64,000 nt of DNA. It comes from Aulosira sp. ZfuVER01 (GTDB taxonomy: Bacteria > Cyanobacteriota > Cyanobacteriia > Cyanobacteriales > Nostocaceae). Below the pieces are notes generated by a model, which saw nothing but the letters and a program-made list of their open reading frames with translations, was not told the DNA's origin and made no database searches. The stretch is from contig JAVRCV020000019.1 of NCBI GenBank assembly GCA_034530615.2, positions 1-64,000 on the forward strand, in the 5' to 3' direction. Both the position numbers and the translations under genes were made by a program. How positions within the stretch are numbered: the stretch's first letter is position 1; the number at the start of each line of letters is the position of its first letter. This document shows, piece by piece, positions 1 through 9,857 of this stretch.

Positions 1-54
1 GTTTCCGATTTCCTTCCTGATTATACTCCTCCCGTAGTAACAAAAGAGGGATAA
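1..54 (+). CDS. probable 3' end of a gene entering from the left (…VSDFLPDYTPPVVTKEG*)
   Basis: Frame is open from position 1 to TAA at 52-54 and is overlapped by a 14-bp perfect hairpin (36-69). Confidence 0.35.
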   Translation, partial: VSDFLPDYTPPVVTKEG

Positions 55-69
55 TCCTCTTTTGTTACT
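36..69. terminator. perfect 14-bp-stem hairpin, possible terminator
   Basis: AGTAACAAAAGAGG-gataat-CCTCTTTTGTTACT. Confidence 0.5.
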
Positions 70-145
70 TTCAGCAGAGAATAATCCCTAAGTCTTATTA
101 TTGGGTTATTTATCAACAAGCTAAGTTAAATGAGAAAATGATCAT

Positions 146-153
146 GCGATCGC
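146..153. repeat. HIP1 octamer GCGATCGC (first of many copies across the window, e.g. tandem pair at 34721-34736)
   Basis: GCGATCGC recurs throughout coding and non-coding DNA, a cyanobacterial hallmark. Confidence 0.95.
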
Positions 154-240
154 TCAATTGATGATTTTGTCTAAGGTTCAGATTGGGTAGAGTATTATTC
201 TCTCCCCGTAGTGATAAAAGAGGGATAACAGGCGAAGCGC

Positions 241-278
241 AAAAAAAATACCCACCCAAGCTAACCCTTGGATGGGTA
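241..278 (-). terminator. Rho-independent terminator of dnaK
   Basis: TACCCACCCAAG/CTTGGATGGGTA stem followed on the minus strand by a T8 run, 60 nt after the dnaK stop. Confidence 0.8.
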
Positions 279-292
279 ATAAGTTGAAGGAT

Positions 293-321
293 GCGATGTC
301 TACGACGGGCTACGCCTACGC
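293..321. repeat. 21-nt small dispersed repeat inserted in a HIP1 site (SDR5-like)
   Basis: GCGAT[GTCTACGACGGGCTACGCCTA]CGC; removing the 21 nt restores the palindrome GGATGCGATCGCATCC. Confidence 0.7.
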
Positions 322-338
322 ATCCCCAACCACAAAAA

Positions 339-2246
339 TTACTTACTCTCAGTGAAGTCAGCATCAATTACGTCATCACCGCCGCCGGAAGGAGGAGGAG
401 TGGGTCCGCCATCTTGAGGGCCAGGGCCTCCAGGCGCAGCACCACCAGCTTGTTGATAGATGTTGCTACCTACTGCGAATAGTGCTTGTTGCAATTCTGG
501 TGTGAGCTTCTTAATTTGCTCATCGTCTTCTTTAGCTACTGCTTCGCGCAGTTCTTTCACCAAACCTTCAACTTTGGTTTTGTCAGCTTCGGGAACTTTA
601 TCACCTAATTCTTGCAACTGCTTCTCGGCTTGGTAAGCCAAGGAATCAGCTTGGTTCTTGCGTTCAATCTTCTCACGACGTTCCTTGTCAGAAGAAGCGT
701 TTTGTTCGGCTTCTCTCACCATCCGGTCAACATCTGATTTATCCAAAGTGGAAGCACCAGTGATGCTGATGGATTGTTCCTTACCAGTTCCTTTATCTTT
801 CGCAGTAACGTTGAGGATACCGTTAGCGTCGATATCAAAGATTACTTCGATTTGGGGGACACCACGTGGTGCTGAAGGAATACCATCAAGGCGGAAGGTT
901 CCCAAACTCTTATTGTCGTTAGCAAATTCCCGTTCACCTTGGAGAACGTGGATTTCTACATTGCTTTGACCATCCACTGCGGTGGAGAATACTTCTGATT
1001 TCTTGGTGGGAATTGTGGTGTTGCGAGGAATAATCTTGGTCATTACACCACCCAAGGTTTCTACACCGAGAGATAGTGGTGTTACATCTAACAACAAGAT
1101 ACCAGTAACATCACCAGCTAGTACCCCAGCTTGAATAGCTGCACCAACAGCTACCACTTCATCAGGGTTCACAGTTTGGTTAGGATCTTTACCTAACAAC
1201 CGCTTCACCAACTGTTGCACTGCGGGAATCCGGGTAGAACCACCCACTAGCACGACTTCATCAATATTGTCTTTGTTTAACTTGGCATCTCTGAGAGCAT
1301 TTTCTACAGGGATGCGACAACGATCGATTAAGTCAGAGCAGAGTTCTTCAAACTGAGCGCGGGTTAAAGTGGTATCCAGGTGCTTAGGCCCATCCTGGGT
1401 AGCGGTGATAAATGGTAGGTTAATTTCCGCTTGGGTGACGCTAGAAAGCTCAATCTTGGCTTTTTCTGCGGCTTCTGTTAACCGTTGTAAGGCTTGCCTA
1501 TCTTTGCGGAGATCGATACCTTCTGCTTTGCGGAACTGTTCGGCTAAGAAATCAACAATCTTCTTATCGAAGTCGTCACCACCAAGGTGGGTATCACCAG
1601 ATGTAGCTAATACTTCAAATACGCCATCACCTACTTCTAGTACAGATACGTCGAAGGTCCCACCACCAAGGTCAAATACCAGGATAGTTTCGTTGCTCTT
1701 CTTATCAAAGCCATAAGCTAGAGAAGCGGCGGTAGGCTCGTTGATAATCCGCAGTACTTCAATACCAGCGATTTTGCCAGCGTCTTTTGTAGCTTGGCGC
1801 TGGGAGTCGTTAAAGTAGGCAGGAACAGTGATTACAGCTTGAGTAACAGTTTCACCAAGATATTTACTAGCGTCTTCAACTAGTTTGCGGAGAACTTTCG
1901 CAGAAATTTCTTCGGGAGCAAATTGTTTTCCAGCCCCAGGAGAATCTAGCTTGACGTTACCGCTAGTGCTCAACACTTTATAGGAAACTTCTGTAGCTTC
2001 ATTTGTTACTTCGTCGTAACGACGACCGATAAAGCGCTTAACAGAGTAGAACGTGTTTTCTGGGTTCATCACCGCTTGACGCTTGGCGATTTGCCCTACT
2101 AAAGTATCGCCGTTTTTAGCAAATGCCACTACCGATGGCGTTGTCCGAAAACCCTCTGCATTAGCAATAACCGTGGGTTTTCCACCTTCCATGACTGCTA
2201 CGCAGGAGTTCGTTGTACCTAAGTCTATTCCAACTACCTTTGCCAT
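339..2246 (-). CDS. dnaK: Hsp70 chaperone DnaK (DnaK2 type)
   Basis: [17 protein letters not shown] and TVPAYFND motifs; C-terminal GDDVIDADF; 635 aa. Confidence 0.99.
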   Translation of the reverse strand: MAKVVGIDLGTTNSCVAVMEGGKPTVIANAEGFRTTPSVVAFAKNGDTLVGQIAKRQAVMNPENTFYSVKRFIGRRYDEVTNEATEVSYKVLSTSGNVKLDSPGAGKQFAPEEISAKVLRKLVEDASKYLGETVTQAVITVPAYFNDSQRQATKDAGKIAGIEVLRIINEPTAASLAYGFDKKSNETILVFDLGGGTFDVSVLEVGDGVFEVLATSGDTHLGGDDFDKKIVDFLAEQFRKAEGIDLRKDRQALQRLTEAAEKAKIELSSVTQAEINLPFITATQDGPKHLDTTLTRAQFEELCSDLIDRCRIPVENALRDAKLNKDNIDEVVLVGGSTRIPAVQQLVKRLLGKDPNQTVNPDEVVAVGAAIQAGVLAGDVTGILLLDVTPLSLGVETLGGVMTKIIPRNTTIPTKKSEVFSTAVDGQSNVEIHVLQGEREFANDNKSLGTFRLDGIPSAPRGVPQIEVIFDIDANGILNVTAKDKGTGKEQSISITGASTLDKSDVDRMVREAEQNASSDKERREKIERKNQADSLAYQAEKQLQELGDKVPEADKTKVEGLVKELREAVAKEDDEQIKKLTPELQQALFAVGSNIYQQAGGAAPGGPGPQDGGPTPPPSGGGDDVIDADFTESK

Positions 2247-2425
2247 TTTTAGTGCTGGCTCCGTATAACTACAAATGAATGGGATTATAAAGGACTAAAT
2301 TTTTGAACCAACTGTGCTGGAACAAGCAGCCAGTTCAGCATGAATACCTTTGGTTTGGTTTTTTGAGGGTTAAGACCCCATAGTATGCTGATATATATAC
2401 TGAGCTTATGTAGTCAGTTCGTTAA

Positions 2426-2441
2426 AGGGGGTTTCCCGAAC
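2426..2441 (-). promoter_or_regulatory. K-box-like element upstream of dnaK
   Basis: Minus strand GTTCGGGAAACCCCCT resembles the cyanobacterial K-box (GTTCGG-NNAN-CCNNAC) known upstream of dnaK2/groESL. Confidence 0.6.
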
Positions 2442-2597
2442 CTTGTTAGGGACGGTTAAATTAAAAGATGTATTGCGTTGGCTCATGGATTAATTCGATT
2501 GCACACTGTACTAATGTATGAGAATTAATACTTTCGGGAATTGGGGTGAACCGTAACACCAAAGTCGTGTTTGCCGTCTTTATAATGAACTGGAGGG

Positions 2598-2686
2598 CAT
2601 GGGGTATTGGGCATTGGGCATTGGGCATTGGCTATCTCTCCCTTGCCCCATTTCTCCCCACCCTTCCCACACTCCCCACACTCCCC
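2598..2686. repeat. STRR-type short tandem repeats
   Basis: (ATTGGGC)n heptamers followed by CCCCACACT-type repeats. Confidence 0.85.
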
Positions 2687-2691
2687 TGTTT

Positions 2692-3684
2692 ATGCGTCGT
2701 GCTTCTGGATGTTTATTTGGGCTTGCCCTTGGTGATGCCTTGGCTGCTGTGACAGAATTTTTAACAGTTGAGGAAATTTGCCGCCGCTTTGGGCCCAATG
2801 GACCGCAAGAACTCATAGGTAATCCAGCACTGGTGACTGATGATACGCAGATGACATTATCTGTGGGGCAAGCATTAATAGAGGCTGCATCAGCAAACTT
2901 GACTGTAGCTAGTTTAGAAGCAGCGTTAAGACGTGCTTTTGTTGAGTGGTTGAACAGTCCAGATAATAATCGTGCCCCGGGTATGACTTGCTTGCGGGCT
3001 TGTGAAGATTTAGAAGTTGGTATACCTTGGCAGCAAGCAACCAGGGCAAACTCCAAAGGTTGTGGTGCAAATATGCGTGTTGCGCCTGTGGGTTTATTGC
3101 CATTAGACACAAAAACTCGTGCTGCTATTGCCCAGTTCCAATCAGCCCTCACCCATGGCCATCCTACAGCTTTGGCTGCTTCTGACTTGACCGCATTTGC
3201 GATCGCTGATCTTGCCCAAGGAGGCGATCGCCAAGGATTGCCTTCACGACTCTACAGCTATGCCCAGAGTCAGCGCTCAGTCTACCATATCGATTGGCTA
3301 GGTTCTCTTTGGCAGCGCCCCTACATCAATACACCAGAGGAATTCATTAGTCATGGGTGGGATGAATGTCTAGCCGTACTTGACCGGCTCAACACCGCAT
3401 TAGTCAATCCCAACCGCGAAGCCGACCCTTGTTTAGCAACGGGCGATGGTTGGGTAGCAGAAGAAGCCTTCGCAACAGGTCTATTGTGCTTTTTACTGTT
3501 TCCTGAAGAACCATTAGCAGCACTGCGTCGGGCAGCAGTCACAGCAGGCGATTCTGATTCAATTGCTTGTTTAACTGGTGCGTTCGCTGGCGCTTATTTA
3601 GGGATGGCAGCTTGGCCAGAAGATTGGGTATTTCGCATTGAATACCGCGACCAACTGGCAGAATTAGGCAAACTTTGGGATTAA
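2692..3684 (+). CDS. ADP-ribosylglycohydrolase family protein
   Basis: GLALGDALA, TDDTQM, GCGANMR, THGHP and GDSDSIA motifs. Start placed at ATG 2692 because the upstream extension is translated STRR repeat. Confidence 0.93.
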   Translation: MRRASGCLFGLALGDALAAVTEFLTVEEICRRFGPNGPQELIGNPALVTDDTQMTLSVGQALIEAASANLTVASLEAALRRAFVEWLNSPDNNRAPGMTCLRACEDLEVGIPWQQATRANSKGCGANMRVAPVGLLPLDTKTRAAIAQFQSALTHGHPTALAASDLTAFAIADLAQGGDRQGLPSRLYSYAQSQRSVYHIDWLGSLWQRPYINTPEEFISHGWDECLAVLDRLNTALVNPNREADPCLATGDGWVAEEAFATGLLCFLLFPEEPLAALRRAAVTAGDSDSIACLTGAFAGAYLGMAAWPEDWVFRIEYRDQLAELGKLWD

Positions 3685-3691
3685 ATTCATT

Positions 3692-4039
3692 CTAAGCAGA
3701 AGGACGGCAGGTCATGACCCCTTCTTTCTGTGTTTTGGCATTGGGATTACTGCCCATTGCCCGAACTGCGATCGTTGGTTCATAGCCAGGGTAACAACGT
3801 ATCAAGACAGTATCTTGCGATCGCGTCACATACAGAACATAAACTGGTTTTCCTCCTAGTACGCCAGGTACAAGACTAGGGGGAAGGGGCGCAGTTGCAA
3901 CTATTGTTGGTTGGTTAAGAGAGTTTGTATCTAACTTTTGCGATAAAACAGGCTTTGCCTCAAAAAACTGCCAACATATCAGTACTAACGCTGTAATAAT
4001 CACCAGTACGACAGAGAATTTAGGGGACAGTTTGAACAT
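3692..4039 (-). CDS. hypothetical exported protein
   Basis: 115-aa ORF with N-terminal hydrophobic segment and two C-terminal Cys. Confidence 0.7.
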   Translation of the reverse strand: MFKLSPKFSVVLVIITALVLICWQFFEAKPVLSQKLDTNSLNQPTIVATAPLPPSLVPGVLGGKPVYVLYVTRSQDTVLIRCYPGYEPTIAVRAMGSNPNAKTQKEGVMTCRPSA

Positions 4040-4166
4040 GGTTTATATTCACCTTTTGACTTGGTAATTGAGATGGTGCGCGATTGCTAGATTATCCAAC
4101 TAAAATTGCATAAAGCTGATTGTGCGAACATATTGTATACTGGTAGGCTTTTGGAATTATCCTGTA

Positions 4167-4733
4167 ATGTTTAGCAAACAGTTCGCGATCGCTAAAATTG
4201 CCATATTTATTACTACTATAGTTACCCTCGGTTTAGGCTCTACTCAAGCTCAAGCTTCATGCGCCTCTCCCCTCTCAGGTGGAGATTTTGAAGGACAGAC
4301 TAGCCAAAGAGTTAGCAGTCCTTGGGTTGGTGAAGGTAGAGTTGGTATCGATCGCGGATTAGGATACAGTAATGCAGGTAAAAATAATGTTTGGATGCGA
4401 AATGTTTCGGGATGGAACGCCATCCGTCAGCGCGTTAGACTGCAACCTAACACTCAGTATCAGTTAACAGCTTATGTACGCACATCAGCGAATGTTACAG
4501 ATGGTTATTTTGGGGTGCGAGATGCTCGACAAAAAGTGTTTTCCGAAATCAAGTTCGGTAGTTTACCTCGCTATACACCTCTAACGCTCTCATTCAGAAC
4601 AGGTAGTGAAACTGAATACAACATCTTCACAGGATTCTGGGCATTAGGTCAAGATACTTGGGTTCAGGTAGATGACTATCGCCTTACAGGTGGTTCCTGT
4701 GCAGATGTAGAATTGGTTCCGGCGAGTAACTAA
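4167..4733 (+). CDS. secreted carbohydrate-binding (CBM4/9-like jelly-roll) protein
   Basis: Signal peptide ending AQA; GDFE…W; QRVRLQPNTQYQLTAYVRT; VDD pattern. Confidence 0.7.
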   Translation: MFSKQFAIAKIAIFITTIVTLGLGSTQAQASCASPLSGGDFEGQTSQRVSSPWVGEGRVGIDRGLGYSNAGKNNVWMRNVSGWNAIRQRVRLQPNTQYQLTAYVRTSANVTDGYFGVRDARQKVFSEIKFGSLPRYTPLTLSFRTGSETEYNIFTGFWALGQDTWVQVDDYRLTGGSCADVELVPASN

Positions 4734-4746
4734 TACTAAAAATCAA

Positions 4747-4807
4747 CGTAAGTAAACACATCAATATATGTAGAGATGTTGCATACAACATCTTTGCTTG
4801 ACTTACG
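4747..4807. repeat. REP-like palindrome (GTAG class) with flanking short inverted repeat
   Basis: GTAGAGATGTTGCATACAACATCTTTGC at 4770-4797, flanked by CGTAAGT/ACTTACG. Confidence 0.6.
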
Positions 4808-4879
4808 GGACAAATTCGCCTTTAGAATTAGGAATATTCTCAATTATTACTAGACTTACTTTACTCTTGCTGGGGGGGT

Positions 4880-5821
4880 ATGATGAGCCGTCCAATAATT
4901 CTTGGTATTGTCGGTGACAGTGCCGCAGGAAAAACAACGCTAACTAGAGGGATTGCTCAGGTACTCGGGCCAGAAAATGTCACGATTATCTGCACCGATG
5001 ATTACCACCGCTACGATCGCCAACAACGTGCAGAAATTGGCATTACGGCTCTCCACCCCGATTGCAACCATCTCGATATTATGCAGCAACACCTATCGCT
5101 GCTACGCACGGGACAGTCAATTCTCAAGCCGGTTTACAGCCACAAAACTGGTACATTTGAGCCGCCTCAGTACATCAAACCCAGTAAATTCGTGATTATT
5201 GAAGGCTTACTTGGTTATTCTACTCGCGCTGCTCGTGATGCTTACGATGTGAAAGTTTACCTCGCACCCCCCGAAGAAATACGCGCCCAATGGAAAGTTA
5301 AACGCGATACCCAAAAGCGAGGCTATACTCCCGAACAAGTACTAGCAGAATTAGAAAAACGCGAACCAGATTCAGAGCAATTTATCCGTCCCCAGCGACA
5401 ATGGTCAGATATAGTTGTCAGTTTCTATCCGCCCGAAGATGAAGCAAATGAAATCAATGGACATCTAAATGTGCGGCTGGTATTGCGTCCGACAATTCCC
5501 CACCCAGATTTTACCCAGATCGTCAATTCTACTGCTGGTAATTCCGACTCAGCAATCCGCCTAGGGCTAGACAGGGATATGAGTAAACCTGTAGATGTCT
5601 TGGAAGTAGATGGTCACGCCACTTTAGATCAAGTGAATAAGCTAGAGCAAATTATCTGCTCTGATATGCCGCATTTAAAGAGTATATGCGATCGCGAAAG
5701 TAACCCCGAACTCGGCAAAATCGCTGGTACAACTGGCGAAACACTCCAGAGTTATCCCCTAGCGCTGACTCAGTTGATCATTACTTACCATATGCTCAAA
5801 GCAACGCAAATTTATCAGTAG
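4880..5821 (+). CDS. prk: phosphoribulokinase/uridine kinase family protein (second PRK paralogue)
   Basis: GIVGDSAAGKTT Walker A; ICTDDYH; IIEGL; WKVKRD…RGY; FIRPQR. Confidence 0.8.
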   Translation: MMSRPIILGIVGDSAAGKTTLTRGIAQVLGPENVTIICTDDYHRYDRQQRAEIGITALHPDCNHLDIMQQHLSLLRTGQSILKPVYSHKTGTFEPPQYIKPSKFVIIEGLLGYSTRAARDAYDVKVYLAPPEEIRAQWKVKRDTQKRGYTPEQVLAELEKREPDSEQFIRPQRQWSDIVVSFYPPEDEANEINGHLNVRLVLRPTIPHPDFTQIVNSTAGNSDSAIRLGLDRDMSKPVDVLEVDGHATLDQVNKLEQIICSDMPHLKSICDRESNPELGKIAGTTGETLQSYPLALTQLIITYHMLKATQIYQ

Positions 5822-5930
5822 TCATTTGTCATTGGTTATTGGGCATGGGGCATGGGGCATGGGGCATTGGGGATTGGAAACAATTTTGGATTTTGGATTC
5901 GATTTAAATCTAAAATCCAAAATCTAAAAT
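5822..5930. repeat. STRR heptamer tandem repeats
   Basis: TCATTTG, GGGCATG/GGGCATT and TTTTGGA/AAAATCC arrays between convergent genes. Confidence 0.8.
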
Positions 5931-5969
5931 TTCTAGTCCTCCTTGTCCCCCCTTCCTTTTTAAAGTCAG

Positions 5970-7460
5970 TCATACCTGTTGAATGCGCCACACTACCCGA
6001 TAAAATCCTCCTTGTTTGGCTTCTTCTAAGGCTTCCACACGATAGCGTACTCCTTCCTGGCGAAGATTTTGGGGAAATTTCACATTCCAATGTGGATGAT
6101 AACCAGGAGAAATAGTGCGAACCTTGAGTTTGCCTCCTTGCTTGATGCACTCTAGCAAAATTCCTGAGTTAACTGCTGGGGAGGTAGTTGCAGCAGGTAT
6201 TACATGAGGTTGAGGTTGTGGAGTAGGTGAGCTGGGAGTTGCAATCGCCTCAACATCAAAACAGGCGATCGCTCCATCTGTTGTAGTAACATAGAGGCGA
6301 TTTCTCCACAGGCGCATGGTGAGGATAGCACCGCAGCCCGTGGGATGGATAGAAAAGCGATCGCTCCCTACACTGAAACAGTAAAGGTTAGCTTGGCAAT
6401 CGGCAGTATAAAGAAACTGCTTATCTTCAGAAATAGCACAGGTATAGACGGCTCCCGGAACATTGGCGAGAGTTCTCATCTGAGTTTGCCGAGTTTTCAT
6501 ATCCCCGACTTTCTCAAGTTCATAAATCGTGCCGTCGCTTGTACCAACTATCGCCTGTCCATCAGTCAACTGTCCGCACAGAACTGGAGCCGCAGTCGCA
6601 TTTTCCCAGACCATCTTACCCGTGTTTGGGTTGTAGCAGGTAACACCCCGACTGTGCCCATGATAAATTGCTTGATTATCAGCAGCTAAAAACCATCCTC
6701 CCCAAGTGGAAGTTTTCTGTTGCCACAATACCTTCAAGTTAGAGTCGAGGTAAGTTAACTGGCCATAAACATCCAACACTAAAAGCTGATGGTTGTGCAG
6801 GGCTAGAGCATAGATGCAAAAGTTATAAAAATGAGGAACGCTATCATTACGGGCATTGTAAACTGACTGAGGCAGTTTGGCGATCGCGTCATAAATTTGA
6901 CCATCATCACAACTAGCATAGAGATAGCGATCATCTCCCACCAAACAACGCACATTTTGAGAAAGCTTGTGTTGATAGGCAAATTGTCCCTGACTATCCA
7001 TAGCCACTATCAACCCATCTCGATTACCCAGCCAGCAGCCTTGCTCATTCACCCATAAACCAAAAGCCGGAACCTTCCATGAACCCGCTGGATTAGGGGG
7101 TGTATATTGCCACAAAGCCGAGAGAGGATTAGGTGCAGGTTTTTCCCGCTTGGCGTTGTAGCCAATCGCTTTTGCCTCCCCATACAGGAAATTATGTAGA
7201 GATTGCCAATCCGGGCTATGTAAGAAGCGGTCAAAATCGTAGAAACACGGATATTCAATGGCAAAAAATTCTACATTTGCAAGTTCAGGGAATTCAGCAA
7301 CATTGAGTAATTCTTTGCGATCGCAGGTTGAGCCGAAGTTATAAGCAAATGCTTGCAATGTTTCTCCTGGTATGGGTAAAAGCATCAAGCCGATGAAAGT
7401 TCCCATATCAGCGCTTTGGAGGACAAAGCGATCGCCGCCTTGGCGAACAATAAATCCCAT
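5970..7460 (-). CDS. PQQ/WD40-like beta-propeller protein related to cyanobacterial WGR-domain proteins
   Basis: Propeller repeats (AFGLWV, YASCDDG, YHGHSRGV) and a C-terminal KLKVRTISPGYHPHWNVKFP…GGFYRV domain. Confidence 0.75.
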   Translation of the reverse strand: MGFIVRQGGDRFVLQSADMGTFIGLMLLPIPGETLQAFAYNFGSTCDRKELLNVAEFPELANVEFFAIEYPCFYDFDRFLHSPDWQSLHNFLYGEAKAIGYNAKREKPAPNPLSALWQYTPPNPAGSWKVPAFGLWVNEQGCWLGNRDGLIVAMDSQGQFAYQHKLSQNVRCLVGDDRYLYASCDDGQIYDAIAKLPQSVYNARNDSVPHFYNFCIYALALHNHQLLVLDVYGQLTYLDSNLKVLWQQKTSTWGGWFLAADNQAIYHGHSRGVTCYNPNTGKMVWENATAAPVLCGQLTDGQAIVGTSDGTIYELEKVGDMKTRQTQMRTLANVPGAVYTCAISEDKQFLYTADCQANLYCFSVGSDRFSIHPTGCGAILTMRLWRNRLYVTTTDGAIACFDVEAIATPSSPTPQPQPHVIPAATTSPAVNSGILLECIKQGGKLKVRTISPGYHPHWNVKFPQNLRQEGVRYRVEALEEAKQGGFYRVVWRIQQV

Positions 7461-7673
7461 TGATTTACACCCGTTGTTTCAAAGTTAAGATATTATTCCC
7501 ATCTTGAGCTTGCTCAGTCTTCGATACCCTTCAGGAGAGCCAAGTTTTGAGTACTGTTTCGCTGATATTATTTGCCAAAATTAAAGATTTTCTCAAATAG
7601 GAATAATTTGTGGAGCAAACAAGGGATAACTAAAGATAGTTCCAACTATGGTAAATATTCTCGCATTTACTCT

Positions 7674-8402
7674 ATGACCTATTGCCTCAGAATTGCGGAT
7701 ATGCCTGAAACTGAGCGTCCGCGTGAGCGCTTGATGGCTCATGGCCCAAAAGTTTTAGCCACAGCTGAGTTAATTGCAATTCTGCTAGGTACTGGCCAAG
7801 GGCCGGGAAAACTATCTGCTGTGGGCTTGGGACAATATATATTGAGTGAATTGGGCAAACATCAGCGCGACCCTTTGGCAGTTTTGCGAGAAGTTACCCC
7901 CGCTGAATTGATGCAAATTCCGGGAATTGGGCCAGCAAAGGCAACTACTATATTAGCGGCCATTGAACTTGGCAAACGCGCCTTTCAATCCCGTCCAGAA
8001 GGTGCAACTATTGATAGCCCACTGGCGGCGGCGGCGGCTCTCAGTCAAAATTTGATGTGGCAAACACAAGAACATTTTGGTGTCTTGCTATTGGATATCA
8101 AGAATCGCCTGCTAGGAACACAAGTTATTACAATTGGCACAGCCACCGAAACCTTAGCTTCTCCCAGAGAAATTTTTCGGGAAGTTATTCGTCAAGGAGC
8201 AACGCGAGTCATCGTTGCACATAACCATCCTTCTGGGAACGTTGAACCCAGCCAGGAAGATATAGAATTGACGCGCCAGTTGTTAGCAGGAGCGCAATTT
8301 TTGGGTATTCCCCTGCTAGATCATCTGATTCTTGGCAATGGGAACCACCAAAGTTTACGGGAGATCACAACCTTGTGGAATGAATATCCTCAAGGGGATT
8401 AA
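7674..8402 (+). CDS. radC: RadC family JAB-domain protein
   Basis: ERPRERL, HhH GIGPAKA, HNHPSG…PSQED…LDHLI. Start placed at MTYCLRI. Confidence 0.95.
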   Translation: MTYCLRIADMPETERPRERLMAHGPKVLATAELIAILLGTGQGPGKLSAVGLGQYILSELGKHQRDPLAVLREVTPAELMQIPGIGPAKATTILAAIELGKRAFQSRPEGATIDSPLAAAAALSQNLMWQTQEHFGVLLLDIKNRLLGTQVITIGTATETLASPREIFREVIRQGATRVIVAHNHPSGNVEPSQEDIELTRQLLAGAQFLGIPLLDHLILGNGNHQSLREITTLWNEYPQGD

Positions 8403-8515
8403 AAAGTCGGAAATGCTACTCGCTCTCGTGTTGCGATATGAGAGAAGTGCGATCGCTCATTTTATCCTTTAAAAAACTAGTAGCAAGAGCGATCGCCTTC
8501 CCGCAGTTACAGCAA

Positions 8516-8743
8516 TTAACGCAGGGATTCTAAAATAATTGTTGTTGTCATCAAACACAACAGAATAATTCCCAGCCTACAAAACCAATTTCCGGCAAAG
8601 GGCAGCAGCACTGCGACAATATTTACAGATCCAAAACCCATTGAAATAATGCAGGCGATCGCAAAACCGAATATTGCTAGTAAGAAATATTTGAGGAATT
8701 TAGCAGTCAATTTGAAGAGAAAACTATACTGATTTGTTGTCAT
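8516..8743 (-). CDS. small membrane protein (2 predicted TM helices, 75 aa)
   Basis: GGAG RBS before ATG 8743; two hydrophobic stretches. Confidence 0.65.
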   Translation of the reverse strand: MTTNQYSFLFKLTAKFLKYFLLAIFGFAIACIISMGFGSVNIVAVLLPFAGNWFCRLGIILLCLMTTTIILESLR

Positions 8744-8813
8744 GGCTCTGAACTCCAATAGGGAATGTTGGTGAAAAGCTCCGTTGCACACCACAAACTT
8801 GTGAAATTCTGTC

Positions 8814-9029
8814 TTAAGCTAATTTCTGTGCCAGCAGTGTAGGCTCTATCTCCTGTGGTTTCGGGTCAATTAGACACCCAGTAGAATGATTGTCTACTCG
8901 CACTTGTAAGCCGAAACTTGTAACTTGCACAGTTACAGTTCCATTAAAATTTGCTAGTAAGGCTATCAAGGTAGTCAGCACAGCTAAATAGATAAAATAT
9001 CGAAAGTTGTGGTTGTTTGGCAGATTCAT
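8814..9029 (-). CDS. small protein with N-terminal TM/signal segment (71 aa)
   Basis: Strong RBS AGGAGG; hydrophobic residues 12-28 followed by a beta-hairpin-like segment. Confidence 0.7.
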   Translation of the reverse strand: MNLPNNHNFRYFIYLAVLTTLIALLANFNGTVTVQVTSFGLQVRVDNHSTGCLIDPKPQEIEPTLLAQKLA

Positions 9030-9075
9030 TGTTTGTCCTCCTAATCAGTAATTAATTTGTTCTTGCAATTGCCAG

Positions 9076-9121
9076 AAATAAAAAAACGGATGTGTGAAGC
9101 GTAAGCTTCAGCAACATCCGT
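9076..9121 (-). terminator. intrinsic terminator between the 129-aa gene and the small membrane-protein genes
   Basis: ACGGATGT…TGAAGC-gtaa-GCTTCA…ACATCCGT stem followed on the minus strand by TTTTTTATTT. Confidence 0.8.
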
Positions 9122-9235
9122 CGTGGTTATTCCCATCGATGGTCTCGTTAGCAAAGATTTATTAGGTTGTTCTAAATCACTCTCACACTAAGTAATATTC
9201 AATAAGGTGGATCTATGTTGTCATCACCTTTGAGA

Positions 9236-9625
9236 TTAACAAGGCTTAATTCCGTGAATCACTGATGGCATAAATTGGAACCCATATCGACCATCATGTT
9301 CGCGATAGAAAATCACAATAGTCGCATAACCTTGATGTTTACGAAAAGTGTCAAACAATGCGCTATTGAGCAAGACTAAAACATTTTCCGAAGTTTGCAT
9401 GGGTTCTCGCTGTTGAGGCAGCGTAGGTGCGTCCCAGACAACTATATCTTCTGACGTAATTGGAAAATTTTGGACATCTCCTCGACGGCACTCGACTTTG
9501 TATTGACCTTGATTAGGGCGGCACTGGATTTCTATAAATCCAGTGGTATTAGATTGCTCAAGTCTAGCGATGTGTTGTTTGCAGGAGCCAAGGATTTGCT
9601 CTATTGGGAGGCATAAACCATCCAT
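9236..9625 (-). CDS. hypothetical protein (129 aa), apparent internal duplication of a helix + beta-hairpin unit
   Basis: Clean ORF divergent from the large HTH gene. Confidence 0.7.
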   Translation of the reverse strand: MDGLCLPIEQILGSCKQHIARLEQSNTTGFIEIQCRPNQGQYKVECRRGDVQNFPITSEDIVVWDAPTLPQQREPMQTSENVLVLLNSALFDTFRKHQGYATIVIFYREHDGRYGFQFMPSVIHGIKPC

Positions 9626-9684
9626 ACACTGTAAATTTAATAGTATATGTAAATAATAAAATCACTTTTACCATAAATTAATTT

Positions 9685-9698
9685 GTAGTTTATGCTAC
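9685..9698. promoter_or_regulatory. NtcA-box-like site
   Basis: tttGTAgtttatgcTACaaaaa fits GTA-N8-TAC with T/A flanks; no -10 box at the canonical 22-nt spacing. Confidence 0.4.
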
Positions 9699-9857
9699 AA
9701 AAATCCCATAAATCAACAAAAATTTTTCAAAAAACCGCCAAATTTGGGAAATGTAAGTCTAATTAATAAAATTGTTGACAAGCAAAGTTTTGTATTGAAC
9801 ACGACAAAAAAATAATAAAAATGCCATTCTAATGTCAATATCATTTACATTAGTGTT

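Noticed and set aside
2546..2752. ORFs and N-terminal extensions rich in WALGIGH or PMPHAP (also 5836-6150, 5852-6115, 46874-47056, 57133-57219)
   Set aside because: They are translations of STRR heptamer repeats, not protein sequence.
7674..8500. radC as an integration site of a prophage or ICE
   Set aside because: radC is intact, and no integrase or att duplication was found in the window.
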